64,000 nt of DNA from Lophium mytilinum (lineage: Eukaryota). A program made the translations under genes and the position numbers. The stretch covers positions 1,371,834 through 1,435,833 of the forward strand of contig MU004189.1 in assembly GCA_010093605.1 (NCBI GenBank), in the 5' to 3' direction. The notes beneath the pieces were generated by a model. That model saw only the letters and a list, made by a program, of their open reading frames with translations, made no database searches and had not been told where the DNA came from. Shown piece by piece: positions 11,451-22,184 of this stretch (position 1 is its first letter; each line of letters starts with the position of its first letter).

Positions 11451-13821
11451 CTACACCGCCAACCCCAGCCGCATATTCTCCACCGTCCTTCCACCCACTC
11501 CCTTCAAAAGCGCTAAGCTCTCCAAATCCCGCACTTCCTCCTCCTCCATCTCAATCAAACAGCTCACAATCGCATCCGCTTTCTTCGCGCCAACGCCCTT
11601 CAGCGCGCGGATCTGCGTGACGTCACGGGAATTGATGATGCGGAGAAGATGCGTTGTGCGAGGAGATTGCTCACCAGGCGGCAGCGAAGGAGCGTTGTCT
11701 GGATTCGGGAAGAGTGGGGTTTCGTCGCGGAAGATGGGGACTTTCTTCGCCTTTAGCTTCGTTTGCTTGCGCGCCGCCTTGGGTTTGTAGTGGAAGCTGT
11801 CGTCCGAGGCGTAGGAGGTGTCGTGGTGAGCGTCGGGCGGGGGTGCAAAGTCATCGTCTTCGGCCTCGGATGGGGGGTCGACGTATACAGGTTTCTTTAC
11901 TTTCGTAGGCTTTTTCGCGGCTGGGGCGGAAAGCTGGACATGGACGGGAGCTGCGGGTGGGAGGCTTAGCATAGTTGAGGGAGCGGCTGGTGGCGCTGGC
12001 GCAGGTGCAGGCTCGGCAGCCTTCTCCGCGTCGCGCTTAGCCTTGATGCGGTCCTCGATTGCCTTCATCTTGTTCCGTAGCTTATCGTTGTTAGGGAAGA
12101 ATGGCTGTGCAAGTTGAAACATCCGAAGAGCGCTGGCATCCTCATTTCGGGCTTGATGCTGCTTGGCCATTAGCAGGAACTGGAGACCTTCTCCACGCCC
12201 GTCTTCCTTTTCCTCGATTCGCTGCTCTAGTGCATCTAGTCGCTTTTGCAGTTCGTCGGGAAGGGCGGGTGCCGAAGCAGCTGTGTCTTGGAGGGCTTTC
12301 TCTGCAAGCTTTTCGTCAATGCGTTGCGCAATCAATGCTTCTATCGACGCCTTAGAGAGAGCTGGCTCTGATGGCGCCGCACGGAAACCGTTGGACCGAA
12401 CAGCTTTACTCGGCCGAGATGAGAAAGTAGTAGAGTCAGCAGGCCGCTTATGAGGTTCGGTTCGTCGGGCGGACTGATTCTGGTGTGGCATGTTCAGGGA
12501 ACGTGCGCCTGAATTGCGGTCAGAGTAGACAGAAAACTCTTTTGCCGGCTTCTCCCCAGGCTTCCGGTCTGATGCATGGATCTTCGCGTTGCTAGCCGCA
12601 GCCAATGGTCGCAGCGGTTGTCGTTGAATGTTGGGACCAGATATGATAGACGCTGCAAGAGGCTTCGCTGGCAACCTGAAAGCAGGTTCGTTCTCTACTT
12701 CGGCGACCTCGATCTTCTTCGTCCGGTTGGCGAAGTTAAGTGAACTCAGCGTATCGAGATGATATGACTTAACAGGAGCAAGATTGAGGATCATGAGCGT
12801 GATCCCGTTGTTCTGGCCAAGCGATAATATCCGAGTCATCTTGGACTCGCGGTATGGTATCCGGGATTGCTTCCTGCTGATAGCTTCCACACATTGTGCC
12901 AATACGAATAGAGACTTGTTGATGCTAGACGACTCCACTAACCGCTCCTTGTTGTTGTCGGTTCGCCGATTGTCCTCGGATCCTGCAAGATCGATTGCGG
13001 AGACGGTGCTGACTCGGACCGTAGTTTCGGTTGTTTGTGTAACTTTGACGCAGAGGATCGCATGAGAGCGCGAAGAGTGGGCATTGAGCTAATTGGGAGT
13101 TAGACACGTACCAACAATGTCAATCGGAGTGACTTACCTTTGTAGCTGATGTTGACCGATTGATATTCGCCTGGTCATACAGCTGCTCAAACTCCTTCAA
13201 CGTCATGCAAGGTCGCTCCGTCAGTCCCACTACAACCGACTTCCCATGATTATCCCGGATCGGCAGGCCTGCTGGTGTCCTTTTTTCCGGTGGTTCGAAC
13301 AGATCGAAAACCTTGTCGTTGTAGATCTCGTAGTAGCTCATGGCCACCTCAACTTGCGTTCCACCCGCTGTATCCTTTTCTATCTTCCGGTTCTGTCTGT
13401 ATATGCTGCTAAGCAGTCTCGGGATCACGCCTCGATCAGCCAAAGATTTGCCGCCGCGCATCGTATGCGTCTTGCCGGTGCCGGTAACGCCGTACGCGAA
13501 GATCGTAACATCAAAGCCATTGAACAGGTGCTTTACAGTGGGTTTTACTGTAGAATGTTAGTCAATGCATCCTGATAGGGCTTGGGAAAGGCGACTAGTC
13601 GTACCTTCTTGATCAAATAGCTGCTGTTGGGTGGCCTCGTTGTCGTACACGCTGTTGAACTGGAAGCTGAAAGACTCGGAGTCGTTCCTCGGGTTCGGTA
13701 TCCGGACAACAGTAGGACTCGAGGGGGCTTCGTTTCCTTGCGACTCTGCAGTGACGATGGTATCCTTATCAAGCTCCAGCTTGAGTAATGGACGAATGCG
13801 AGCAACGACGCGTACGCTCAT
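11451..13821 (-). CDS. Kinesin of the Kid/KIF22 (kinesin-10-like) type with C-terminal helix-hairpin-helix motifs
   Basis: MSVRVVARIRP start; P-loop YGVTGTGKTHTM; SSRSH; DLAGSE; INKSL; HIPYRE-like RIPYRES. C-terminal HhH motifs ALKGVGAKKA and LKGVGGRT. Introns at about 13550-13605 and 13089-13137. Confidence 0.9.
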
Positions 13822-14885
13822 GGTTGCGGAAGAGAGGGGGTGATGGCGAGGAGGTGGTTTGGAAGGTGGTGAGAGGGATGATGTGGTGGAGGATGTAGAA
13901 AAGCACCAACTCCCAATGCGACCGCGGAAGAATGTTAAATCAAGCGCTCGCGAGATGAAGAAGTTGGCAGGGCCAGTGAATTGTTGTGGGTCGAAGTTGT
14001 TAGGGGCAACCTCATAGCGCCAAGCCACCGAGAAACACGTGAGTGCGATCGACGCCTCCTCAACCTCAACGACTCCCTCCAGCCGCCATCAAGGCTATGA
14101 AAAGAATGCTCGTCCATCGATTGACTGTCCATTGTAATTTAGATGTATTTCTCGAAGGCCGCCAGGGCTCTGCAAGAAGGTATGTATGAGTAAGGATCGA
14201 GTTGAAGTAGGTTTTCTTTCGTCCTGAGCGCACTGCACCCTTCAGCTTTTCAATCTTCGGTATGGCTTTGTGAAACGGAAGACACGCACTCCACTCTGGG
14301 CAGACCGTTGCCTGATGCTTCAAGTCCTTCATTTTGTATTGCTGATCGAGGCGCTGGGGAAGACGGCTCTTGGGTAGTGTTTCATGCGCTGGCCAACCAC
14401 AACCCGCAGCGCGAAGGTGTCGCGACAATTCTGCGGGCGCTTCGAGTTTCAACTCAACACCCGCCGAACACGACATTTGTCCACCAAACACTGCTATCGA
14501 AGCTCCTGGTAGCGCATCCAAAAAAAGTTCCCGACGAAAATGCATGACCAGTGCGTTCAACGTGTCTATCTTAAAATAAAACAGCGGCTAGCAGAGCTTC
14601 AAAACCCGTGGCCCATCCATGCACCTCGACCGCTCTGCAGGAGTCTCGTAGCCTCACACTGACCTTCGTTCCTCGTCCCGTCGTTTGACACCGCCGTTCT
14701 TTCGTTTTTGCCTCTCCTTGTCTGCCTTTCTGTCGATCTTTTCCTTCATATCCTCGCTGTCCCCATTTATCCTCGTCACTCACGATTATCTATTTCTTCC
14801 ATCGTCTTGACGCGCGCCTCATTGCTGTCTCAGCTCTTCTCTCTATTCTAGAGCTAGTTTCTCTTGTCTGCTCATCATCTTGACG

Positions 14886-16797
14886 ATGATGCTTTCCTTC
14901 AAGTTATGGCTGCTGGCAGCAACATGCACTTCCGTAATGGCAGGCCCAGTGCCGCATCAGTACAAGAAGCTAAAGTATGTACATCCATTCCTACTTGCTT
15001 GCTTCCAGTCTAACATGAGTGGACAGCTTCGCGAGATTCGCAAATTCATCTTCAACACCCGTCACCACTCTAGAGAAGCTCGAGCCATCAACCACCCTCT
15101 CGACTGCGACCATTCAATCTACTTCATTAATATCGCCAATCACTGCCGCTGATTCATCGACACCGTCGCCACTGTCCGCCAATGCAGAGACTGCTCTTCA
15201 GGTCGTTCCTCTCTCGCCCTCCGTTTTTACGTCTATCCAATCCGCTGTCATCTTCACCGATCTGAAAGGAACTCCGGTCGCAACCATTCCCGCCGAAACC
15301 ATTGAATCAACGTCCTTTATTCCCATCACGCCGACAGCCGAGCCGTCATCGCCATCCCCTTCGTCTTCATCCTCATCCTCATTCTCATCGTCATCGCTTG
15401 ATGTGTCATCCTCCTCATCCTCGTCCTCATCGTCATCGCTTGATGTATCATCCAGCTCTCAGTCGACCTCCACGCCTACGTCCAAGATCGATGCCGAGCC
15501 TACCGAGTCTCCAACAACTGCAGCGGCTTCCGTAGTCACATCGTCGCCAACGCCTGAAAGCTCTGCAGTAGAGTCTACGTCAACGCTGGTGACCTCTGTC
15601 TTACTGCCATCGAAAAGTGCCGCACTGGGTAATGGGGAAGTCACTGCCAGTAGCTACAGCAGAAGATTCACCCTCGATATATCCAGCTCAAGCTCTATTG
15701 TACTGTCCCGAGTTCTCTCAAGCGCTCGAGCTACTGAAGCACCCACTTCTGCTCTTTTCACTGGTCTGACCTTCGAATCCGGCTTGTCCAGTATTGTCTC
15801 AGCGTCGTCTTCTTCTTTAGCGACCGATACCTCTTCACCGGCATTCACGTCGAGCACCGCGATCACATCGGCATCCTCTCCATCTAGTGTCGACTCCGTC
15901 CCATCATCTCCTGCAACTGGTGGTGGGGGAATGCCGTACAGCGCGCTGTCGATCCAGAAACCGTCGCCTACTGATGCACAATCGCTAGCATCCACATCGA
16001 GCAGCAAGGTCGCCTCGACACTCTCGCCATCTAGCTCTGCATCGACGCCGCCCATCATTGCATCGATGCCGTCTACCCACACGCCCGTTGCATCTTCACC
16101 TACAGAGTTGTCATCGTCATCAACTCGATTTGCCCTTGCTTCGAGCCAACTCGCCGCTCCTTCAGCCTCACCAGCTACATCGGACGCCTCAAGTCCCGCT
16201 GATTCTACGACAGCTTCCACAGCCAGCAGCGTATCCACCGTTTCTCAGCCTAGGATCGTCTTCGTCACCAAGACCGAGTTCACTACCGTAGCGCCAACGC
16301 TAGTATCCCCGTCAATCCTATCTCCGTCATCTATCGCAGAAGTAACATCCGCGGGTCAAGTTGTCACACCCTCCTTCGCACTCGCTTCATCCCCAGCCTC
16401 CACCCCCTCACTCCTCCACCCAATCCCTGTGGTCACCGTTACATTGTTTACCGTAATCCCGCCCTCAGGCGCTGTGACACCCTCGTCTGTCCTTTCACAA
16501 AACGAGCCCTCTTCATCATCGGCGGCTATGGTCACTCCCTCTGCGCTGTCCTCTCTCGATATTTCCACGGCGCTCCCCGCTTATACATCGCAATCCTCGG
16601 TGCCAACAGAGGCGCCTGCCCCTTCGTCAGCAGTTGCGCCATCTTCAGTCAACACCCCCGAGCCCGCTTCGCCGAGCACATCCTCCCAGAACGAAGGCAT
16701 CACCGTTGTCCCGATAAATCCGTCGCAGATCTTCACGGTCACGGTCACAGAGACGCTGCCTCGGGAAACTGTGACGGTTACGGTGACAGCAAAATAG
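14886..16797 (+). CDS. Secreted Ser/Thr/Pro-rich mucin-like cell-surface protein
   Basis: Signal peptide MMLSFKLWLLAATCTSVMA; intron 14975-15026 joins a long S/T-rich ORF ending in TVTVT motifs. Confidence 0.78.
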
Positions 16798-17238
16798 TTT
16801 CATCTGTCTTATAATCATTGCTTGGTGCATATGGGTGGGAAAATTTGTTTTTCTATAGAGATTAGTACCCAGCCGGCTAGTTCCGAGCTTTTTGTGTTTT
16901 TTGTTCGAAGAGATAGAAGACTGTGTATAGGGAGAGAGGGTAGGATAATTCTTAATTAGTCAATCAAATTTGTCAAATACTCAACCAGTCTACAGTCCAT
17001 CATCTTCTTCTAGTCTGTCTCGTTTCCAAAGAAAGAAGTCTTGATTCTTCAAGTTTTCTTTGCAGTGCATCATCGCAAGTCTGCACCGTCCTCTATCACT
17101 GTCCGAAGTGCCCCGCCGTATTTTAGAAATTTGAACGAGATGAGAGTGCACCATTTGCGCACCCCTCCCCCACCCCTACCCCCGGGCGGCCCCCCTGCGG
17201 TCATGCTAAATCGGCTTTACATGGCTGTGAAGTTTGCC

Positions 17239-18099
17239 TTATTCCGAATATTTTACATCCGCTTCCTCCATCCCGGTACGTCTGGCGTCCTCAATCTCAG
17301 CGGAGTCCAGTCCCACAACTCTAAATTCCCCCTTCTCCAAGTCCATTCCTTCCGCCTCCGCCGTATCTCCTGCTGAGGCTTTCACAGCTACGTCGATCAC
17401 GTCTGACTGTTCCAACGTTCTTTCTCGAGTCCTCCCCGATCTATAATCCCAGCCGCAGAAAACAGTCATTATCACGCCCAGGACACCCAGCACAACTAAA
17501 ACGCGCTTCGGACTGAAGTCGCCACAAGCTACAAAGGCGCCGAAGTGTAACGACATCCAGAAGGCGTTGTAGCATAGCAAGATCAATCGAAACGACAGGG
17601 CTCCGACATTCTCTCTCTTCCACCACAGCAACCAAACCACCTCAGTCGCGAGGGCGCGAAAAACAACGTTATGCCCGAAGGACTCGAATTGGCTAGTGCC
17701 TGGAAAGGTTTCCGAAGGTGCAAAACTCTGTACGACCGTTACGAGAACACGTCCGAGCCAGAATATCTGGATTAAGGATTCGTAGTATGCTCGCTCGGAC
17801 ATCGTGCCATTGGTGACTTTCATAAAATGGGGGCGTATGCATAAAAAGATGCTGTAGAGCACCATTGCGCGTTTCTTGTAGAGCTCGTCCGGGTCCTGAG
17901 TAGAGTCCTCGTGGAGTCGCATGACGACGTAGGAGGCGGATTGGATGGCTGTGGCGGCGAGGATCCATTTCCCGCAGCGTCGCAGTTCGATTAGGAAGTA
18001 GGTGAGGCGTCCTGGAGAAGCTTGAGATCGTTCTTGTGAAGTCGAGATAAAGAGTCTGGCGGCCAAATTGCGGCATCGAAGCACCACAGAAGATGCCAT
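17239..18099 (-). CDS. Unknown multi-pass membrane protein (paralog A of a head-to-head pair)
   Basis: 286-aa intronless ORF with several hydrophobic segments and an acidic tail; aligns by eye with 18506-19333. Confidence 0.7.
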   Translation of the reverse strand: MASSVVLRCRNLAARLFISTSQERSQASPGRLTYFLIELRRCGKWILAATAIQSASYVVMRLHEDSTQDPDELYKKRAMVLYSIFLCIRPHFMKVTNGTMSERAYYESLIQIFWLGRVLVTVVQSFAPSETFPGTSQFESFGHNVVFRALATEVVWLLWWKRENVGALSFRLILLCYNAFWMSLHFGAFVACGDFSPKRVLVVLGVLGVIMTVFCGWDYRSGRTRERTLEQSDVIDVAVKASAGDTAEAEGMDLEKGEFRVVGLDSAEIEDARRTGMEEADVKYSE

Positions 18100-18505
18100 T
18101 GTTAAAGTGGTGGGTGAGAAGAGAAGGCGAGGCGAGATGTGAAAAATTTACAACGTCGAGGCTCTTGGCACTCTGTTTCAGTCGCTCGTTCCATGGTTCA
18201 ATCCTATACAAGAACACGGTCGAAAGCCACTTCCCACACATAAGGCCGCACCACCACAACTCGCCACGACTCTCACATTTTCGTCCTCAATACCACACCA
18301 CTCCGACGCTATCCGACGGGCCTCAACACACTTTCACGCAACAGGAACCCAAGTTTTCGAAAAATCAGTAACCTCACTAAGCCACCTCAGACGGCGGTAT
18401 ATAGAGGTCATTACCAGGCAAACATCGAGTTCAATCGAAGGCTTGTAACGCTTTCGCCATACAAGACCGTAGTACCGCCACTTTACTATCTGCAATATTG
18501 CAAAA

Positions 18506-19333
18506 ATGCCATCCATCCCCCCGCGATGCCGCGAAATCGCCGCGAAGATCTACACCTGGGGATTCCACACCGAACCTCCCCCATTCGAACTCATCCCTCT
18601 TTATACCCACTGGTCCACCGAATTCAAACGCCGACGGTCGAGGCTATTAATCGCAGCGACAGCCGCAGCCGCTTCCGTGCCTCTCTTACACATCCACCAA
18701 GGGAACAGTCGGAAAGGGTACGAGGACGCTTACGATGAAGGTTTTCGCACGATTTATTGCGTCTTCGCATTAGTGGTCCGGCACGCGCTACGTATCAGGG
18801 AAGGCGAACTTTGCAAGCGCTTGTTTTACGAATATTTGGCGCAGGCTTTCTTGCTAGGAGTAACTACGATGATGGCGATCCATGTTATCTTATCGGCAGA
18901 CTGGCTTGGCATTGTCGAAGATTGTGCGGTGGTTGCGTACTTACTACTCGTCGTAGTTCTTGTGGCGCAGGCTTTTCTTTCGCTACTGCGGCCGGGTGGC
19001 ATTAGGCACGCTCTCCTTCTGCGGCCTGATCTGATGCTTAATGCCCATTACTTCTACGGCCTGTATTTCATATTTTATGCTATGGATGTCAGTTGGAGCT
19101 CATTGTTTCTCGGACTAGGCTTTCACCATGTCACGTTGGCGGCTCTTTTGGCGTATCAAACATGGTGGAAGATGCACTTTCTGCGACGTGACTGGAATCA
19201 GGCGTCCATGGAAACCAACGTAGAACTTGGAGAGCAGGAAGAGAAAGATCCGCCAAACGACTGGGACGCTCGGGTCAGCAAGTGGAGTATCGATTGGGCG
19301 TTCGTCAGAGAAGGAGCTCTAAAGAGCGATTAG
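18506..19333 (+). CDS. Unknown multi-pass membrane protein (paralog B of a head-to-head pair)
   Basis: 275-aa intronless ORF with several hydrophobic segments; RCREIAAKIY and RLFYEYLAQAFLLG match paralog A. Confidence 0.7.
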   Translation: MPSIPPRCREIAAKIYTWGFHTEPPPFELIPLYTHWSTEFKRRRSRLLIAATAAAASVPLLHIHQGNSRKGYEDAYDEGFRTIYCVFALVVRHALRIREGELCKRLFYEYLAQAFLLGVTTMMAIHVILSADWLGIVEDCAVVAYLLLVVVLVAQAFLSLLRPGGIRHALLLRPDLMLNAHYFYGLYFIFYAMDVSWSSLFLGLGFHHVTLAALLAYQTWWKMHFLRRDWNQASMETNVELGEQEEKDPPNDWDARVSKWSIDWAFVREGALKSD

Positions 19334-19527
19334 GCACGACATGGGTGGCGTAATGGAGCAGGTCGGAATATCCCACGCGATTAAGGGGGGTGTAAAAGCG
19401 CTGGAAGTCTGACTTGATTATCGACGATCTCATAGAGTGAAGAAGAAAATGTAGCAATGAGCATTTATCAGTACGCCAGCCGTGTTAGTCTTTCTTAACA
19501 TCTTGTCACCATTTCCTACAAACGAGA

Positions 19528-19934
19528 CAGGCACGCGGGGCATGAAAAAGGTGGCACTCTACTTTGGCTTATATACACCTATCTACTACTACTTATAGTA
19601 CTTTAATGCATTTTCAAAAATCAGAAATTCTTAGCTTTGGGCTATGTGGAAACTTGTCAAGGCATTCCAAGCAAGGGCAGACAAGACCGCCTGCTGTATA
19701 TATTAGGTAGATCAGCCATAAGAGAGTGTGCTAAATTAGTGGCAGTAGATACTGGCAGTCCACAATTCCGTACGATATGCCCACTATTCTTATGCCTATT
19801 TAGCACCGTCAGAAGTCCTCCAGTATGCTATTACTACTAACGAAATACTAGTTTTAGGAAGTCTGATAGCTTTCCAGGCCACCTCAGACGGTTTTGAATT
19901 GCTTTGAGCGTGCCACTTTTCTTCAGCCTAGCGT
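19528..19934. mobile_element. Degenerate MITE-like element with an AT/TpA-rich interior, possibly RIP-mutated
   Basis: 19533-19557 ACGCGGGGCATGAAAAAGGTGGCAC matches the reverse complement of 19910-19934 at 18/25 positions, and the left end resembles the TIR at 27721. Confidence 0.5.
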
Positions 19935-20701
19935 AACAGGTGGATTGAATTTTTCACCTCTCCACCCTCCACCTCCGTGAAACAGGCATCAAAGGACAAT
20001 TGTTTCAAAGTTCATAATGGCATGTTGATGCAGGACCAGTTGAAGCTGAGAGCCTGCAGATCAGCTTGGAGGATTTGAGAGCTTTCAGTCAAAGACAAAA
20101 ATGCGTGGATGGACACGGCGGGCAAGAACTGCAGCCAGGTCTCGGGTTGCAAAGCATTGGAGTTGAGTTTTGAAGGTTCCCCTTCTGTAGAAAAGCTATT
20201 AAGAAGGAATACAAACCTCTCTCTACCGCTAAAGGATGGCCATTTGCTGCATTTTGAACCTTACAGACTGTTTCTCCTCTATCCTCGAACCCGCTTACTC
20301 CTCCTTCAAATCTCCCACCAACTTCCAGTCGCCCTCTCACTGCCGACGAGCTGACTTTCTTGAAGCATGGTCAGGGTCTTTGCTTTGAGATAGTCCATTG
20401 AAATAATTCTCCACTCGGATATTTCAACTCCTTTCTCAACTTTATGAAAGCCTGAATTCACAATCGGGTAGTGTGAGTTGAATCTCCTACCACCACCTGT
20501 GTGTTGAAGTCAGCAACAGCGTCGCAAGCGAAACAGCTACTCCAACCAACGCAGCTATCAAGCTACGCTTAGGGCCCCTCCAACAATGATAGGGAAGTAT
20601 ACGGATATCTATGGCAAGGCGGTGCAACTCAACCAGGTCTTACAAGCTCTTCAATGACTGACACTATGCGCACTGCCGAGCTACCGGCACCTGAACATCA
20701 G

Positions 20702-21662
20702 CTACAACTGCTGCATAACGGGCACAGGCGTTGGCAGTGGAGCATTATGCTGCGGCGTCAAGCGCCATATCAGCAGCCCCAGCAACGCCGCAAACGCAAG
20801 GACACCAACAATGATTCCTGCTATTGCGCCGGCTGACAGCCTACTCTTCGGTTCTGACGCGGTTGCCGACGGGGTTGGGGAGGGCGATGTGACGGAGATG
20901 ATGCTCGTGACTATCTCGACCACCTGCGAAGTTGAGGACGAGGAAGTGGCTGAAGAGGTTGGCGAAGATGTACCTGAGGGACTACTTGGAGCTGCGGTGG
21001 TGCTTGGTGGGCTTGTGGCCATCTATCAACTCGATTCAGCGGATACGCACGTTCAGGTGATGGATAAATGCTCACAGCTTGGAGATTGGGCACTGTTATT
21101 GTTGCGTTCCAGTTCCCGTCTGTCCATGTCGGCCAGCATTGGTAGACATACATAGGCGATGTGTCTCCGGGGGTGTGGAAGAGGGTGCCTGTGACACAGG
21201 CAGTTTGGGCACCCGTGCCAGTACTATCCATATCGTCACACCATCAGCGCCGCATTCAGCTACATTCCACAACGCTAGGGATCTCACCACGTCAACTGGT
21301 AATCGTTATTCGCCATCACGCTCCCACTTAAGCATGTCGTGGCTATAGGACAATCGATTCTGGTATCAGAAGTACAGCAACGGCCAAAATTGTCGCCGTG
21401 CATGAACGCCGACGATGTCGGGCAGTGGTACGGGGAGACTGGAGACTAATCAGCGGGCTGGTTTCAGATTCCAGGAAATCTGCTGAGGCTTACACCAGCC
21501 ATTGTCTGATACGTATGTGAACCCAAGAGTATTCGAGTCCGTCGGAGAGATGCTGAGCGTTGGTGTTCCAGAGATTGTCGCGGACGACGCGAGCCTTGCC
21601 AAGAGCAAAGCGTAGAGCGAAGAGAGCAAAGACCTGATGAACGGTGATATACGGACCATCAT
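20702..21662 (-). CDS. Type I membrane protein: signal peptide, small Cys-rich ectodomain, S/T stalk and single TM helix (Mid2/SKG6-like layout); about 4 exons
   Basis: Hydrophobic N-terminus; exons encoding HCPTSS..GRCCTS..DCPIATTC and TACVTG..YQCWP; S/T tract; TM AGAIAGIIVGVLAFAALLGLLIW. The 3' end is uncertain. Confidence 0.75.
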
Positions 21663-22184
21663 GATGTAAAGAGAAAAATGTAATAAAGCACACTAGAATG
21701 CGCAAAGCAGAGACTAAGAAGTCGATACCCTGAGCGCGTGGACGCGCAACTCCATATAAAGGATTCTTCTCCCGACGCGCCCTCTTCAGCTTCTAGGCTT
21801 CAGCCCTCTCATACATCACATCCCAATACAGCCTTGTCTCGCTTATGTTTATCTGCAAGACCAATCCCGGGCCGAGATGCGAGTGGCAGCCATGCATGGC
21901 TTATTGGGTGGTGGCGGTGCAACGCCAAACCTGAGAACGTGCATGCACATGCATCTTGCAAGTGGCTGATTTGGGTACCGTGACAAGGCTGAAGTACGCC
22001 GAGTGAACATGTGATAATGGATCTCGGTACGATGAGAAAAGACGGTGATGACATTGGTCGACCGTCACAATTAGCAGACAAGAGCTAAGATACATACCCC
22101 TTTTCCGTGACCTCCTGAAATATACTTGTACACCGTTGCTCCAAACCAACGCCATCATAATGCAATCAACTTTCCGTGATAAGC

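Noticed and set aside
18381..19891. Shared 14-mer GCCACCTCAGACGG at 18381 and 19878
   Set aside because: Several 14-mer matches are expected by chance in 64 kb and the flanking similarity is weak; it may be MITE debris but I cannot support that.
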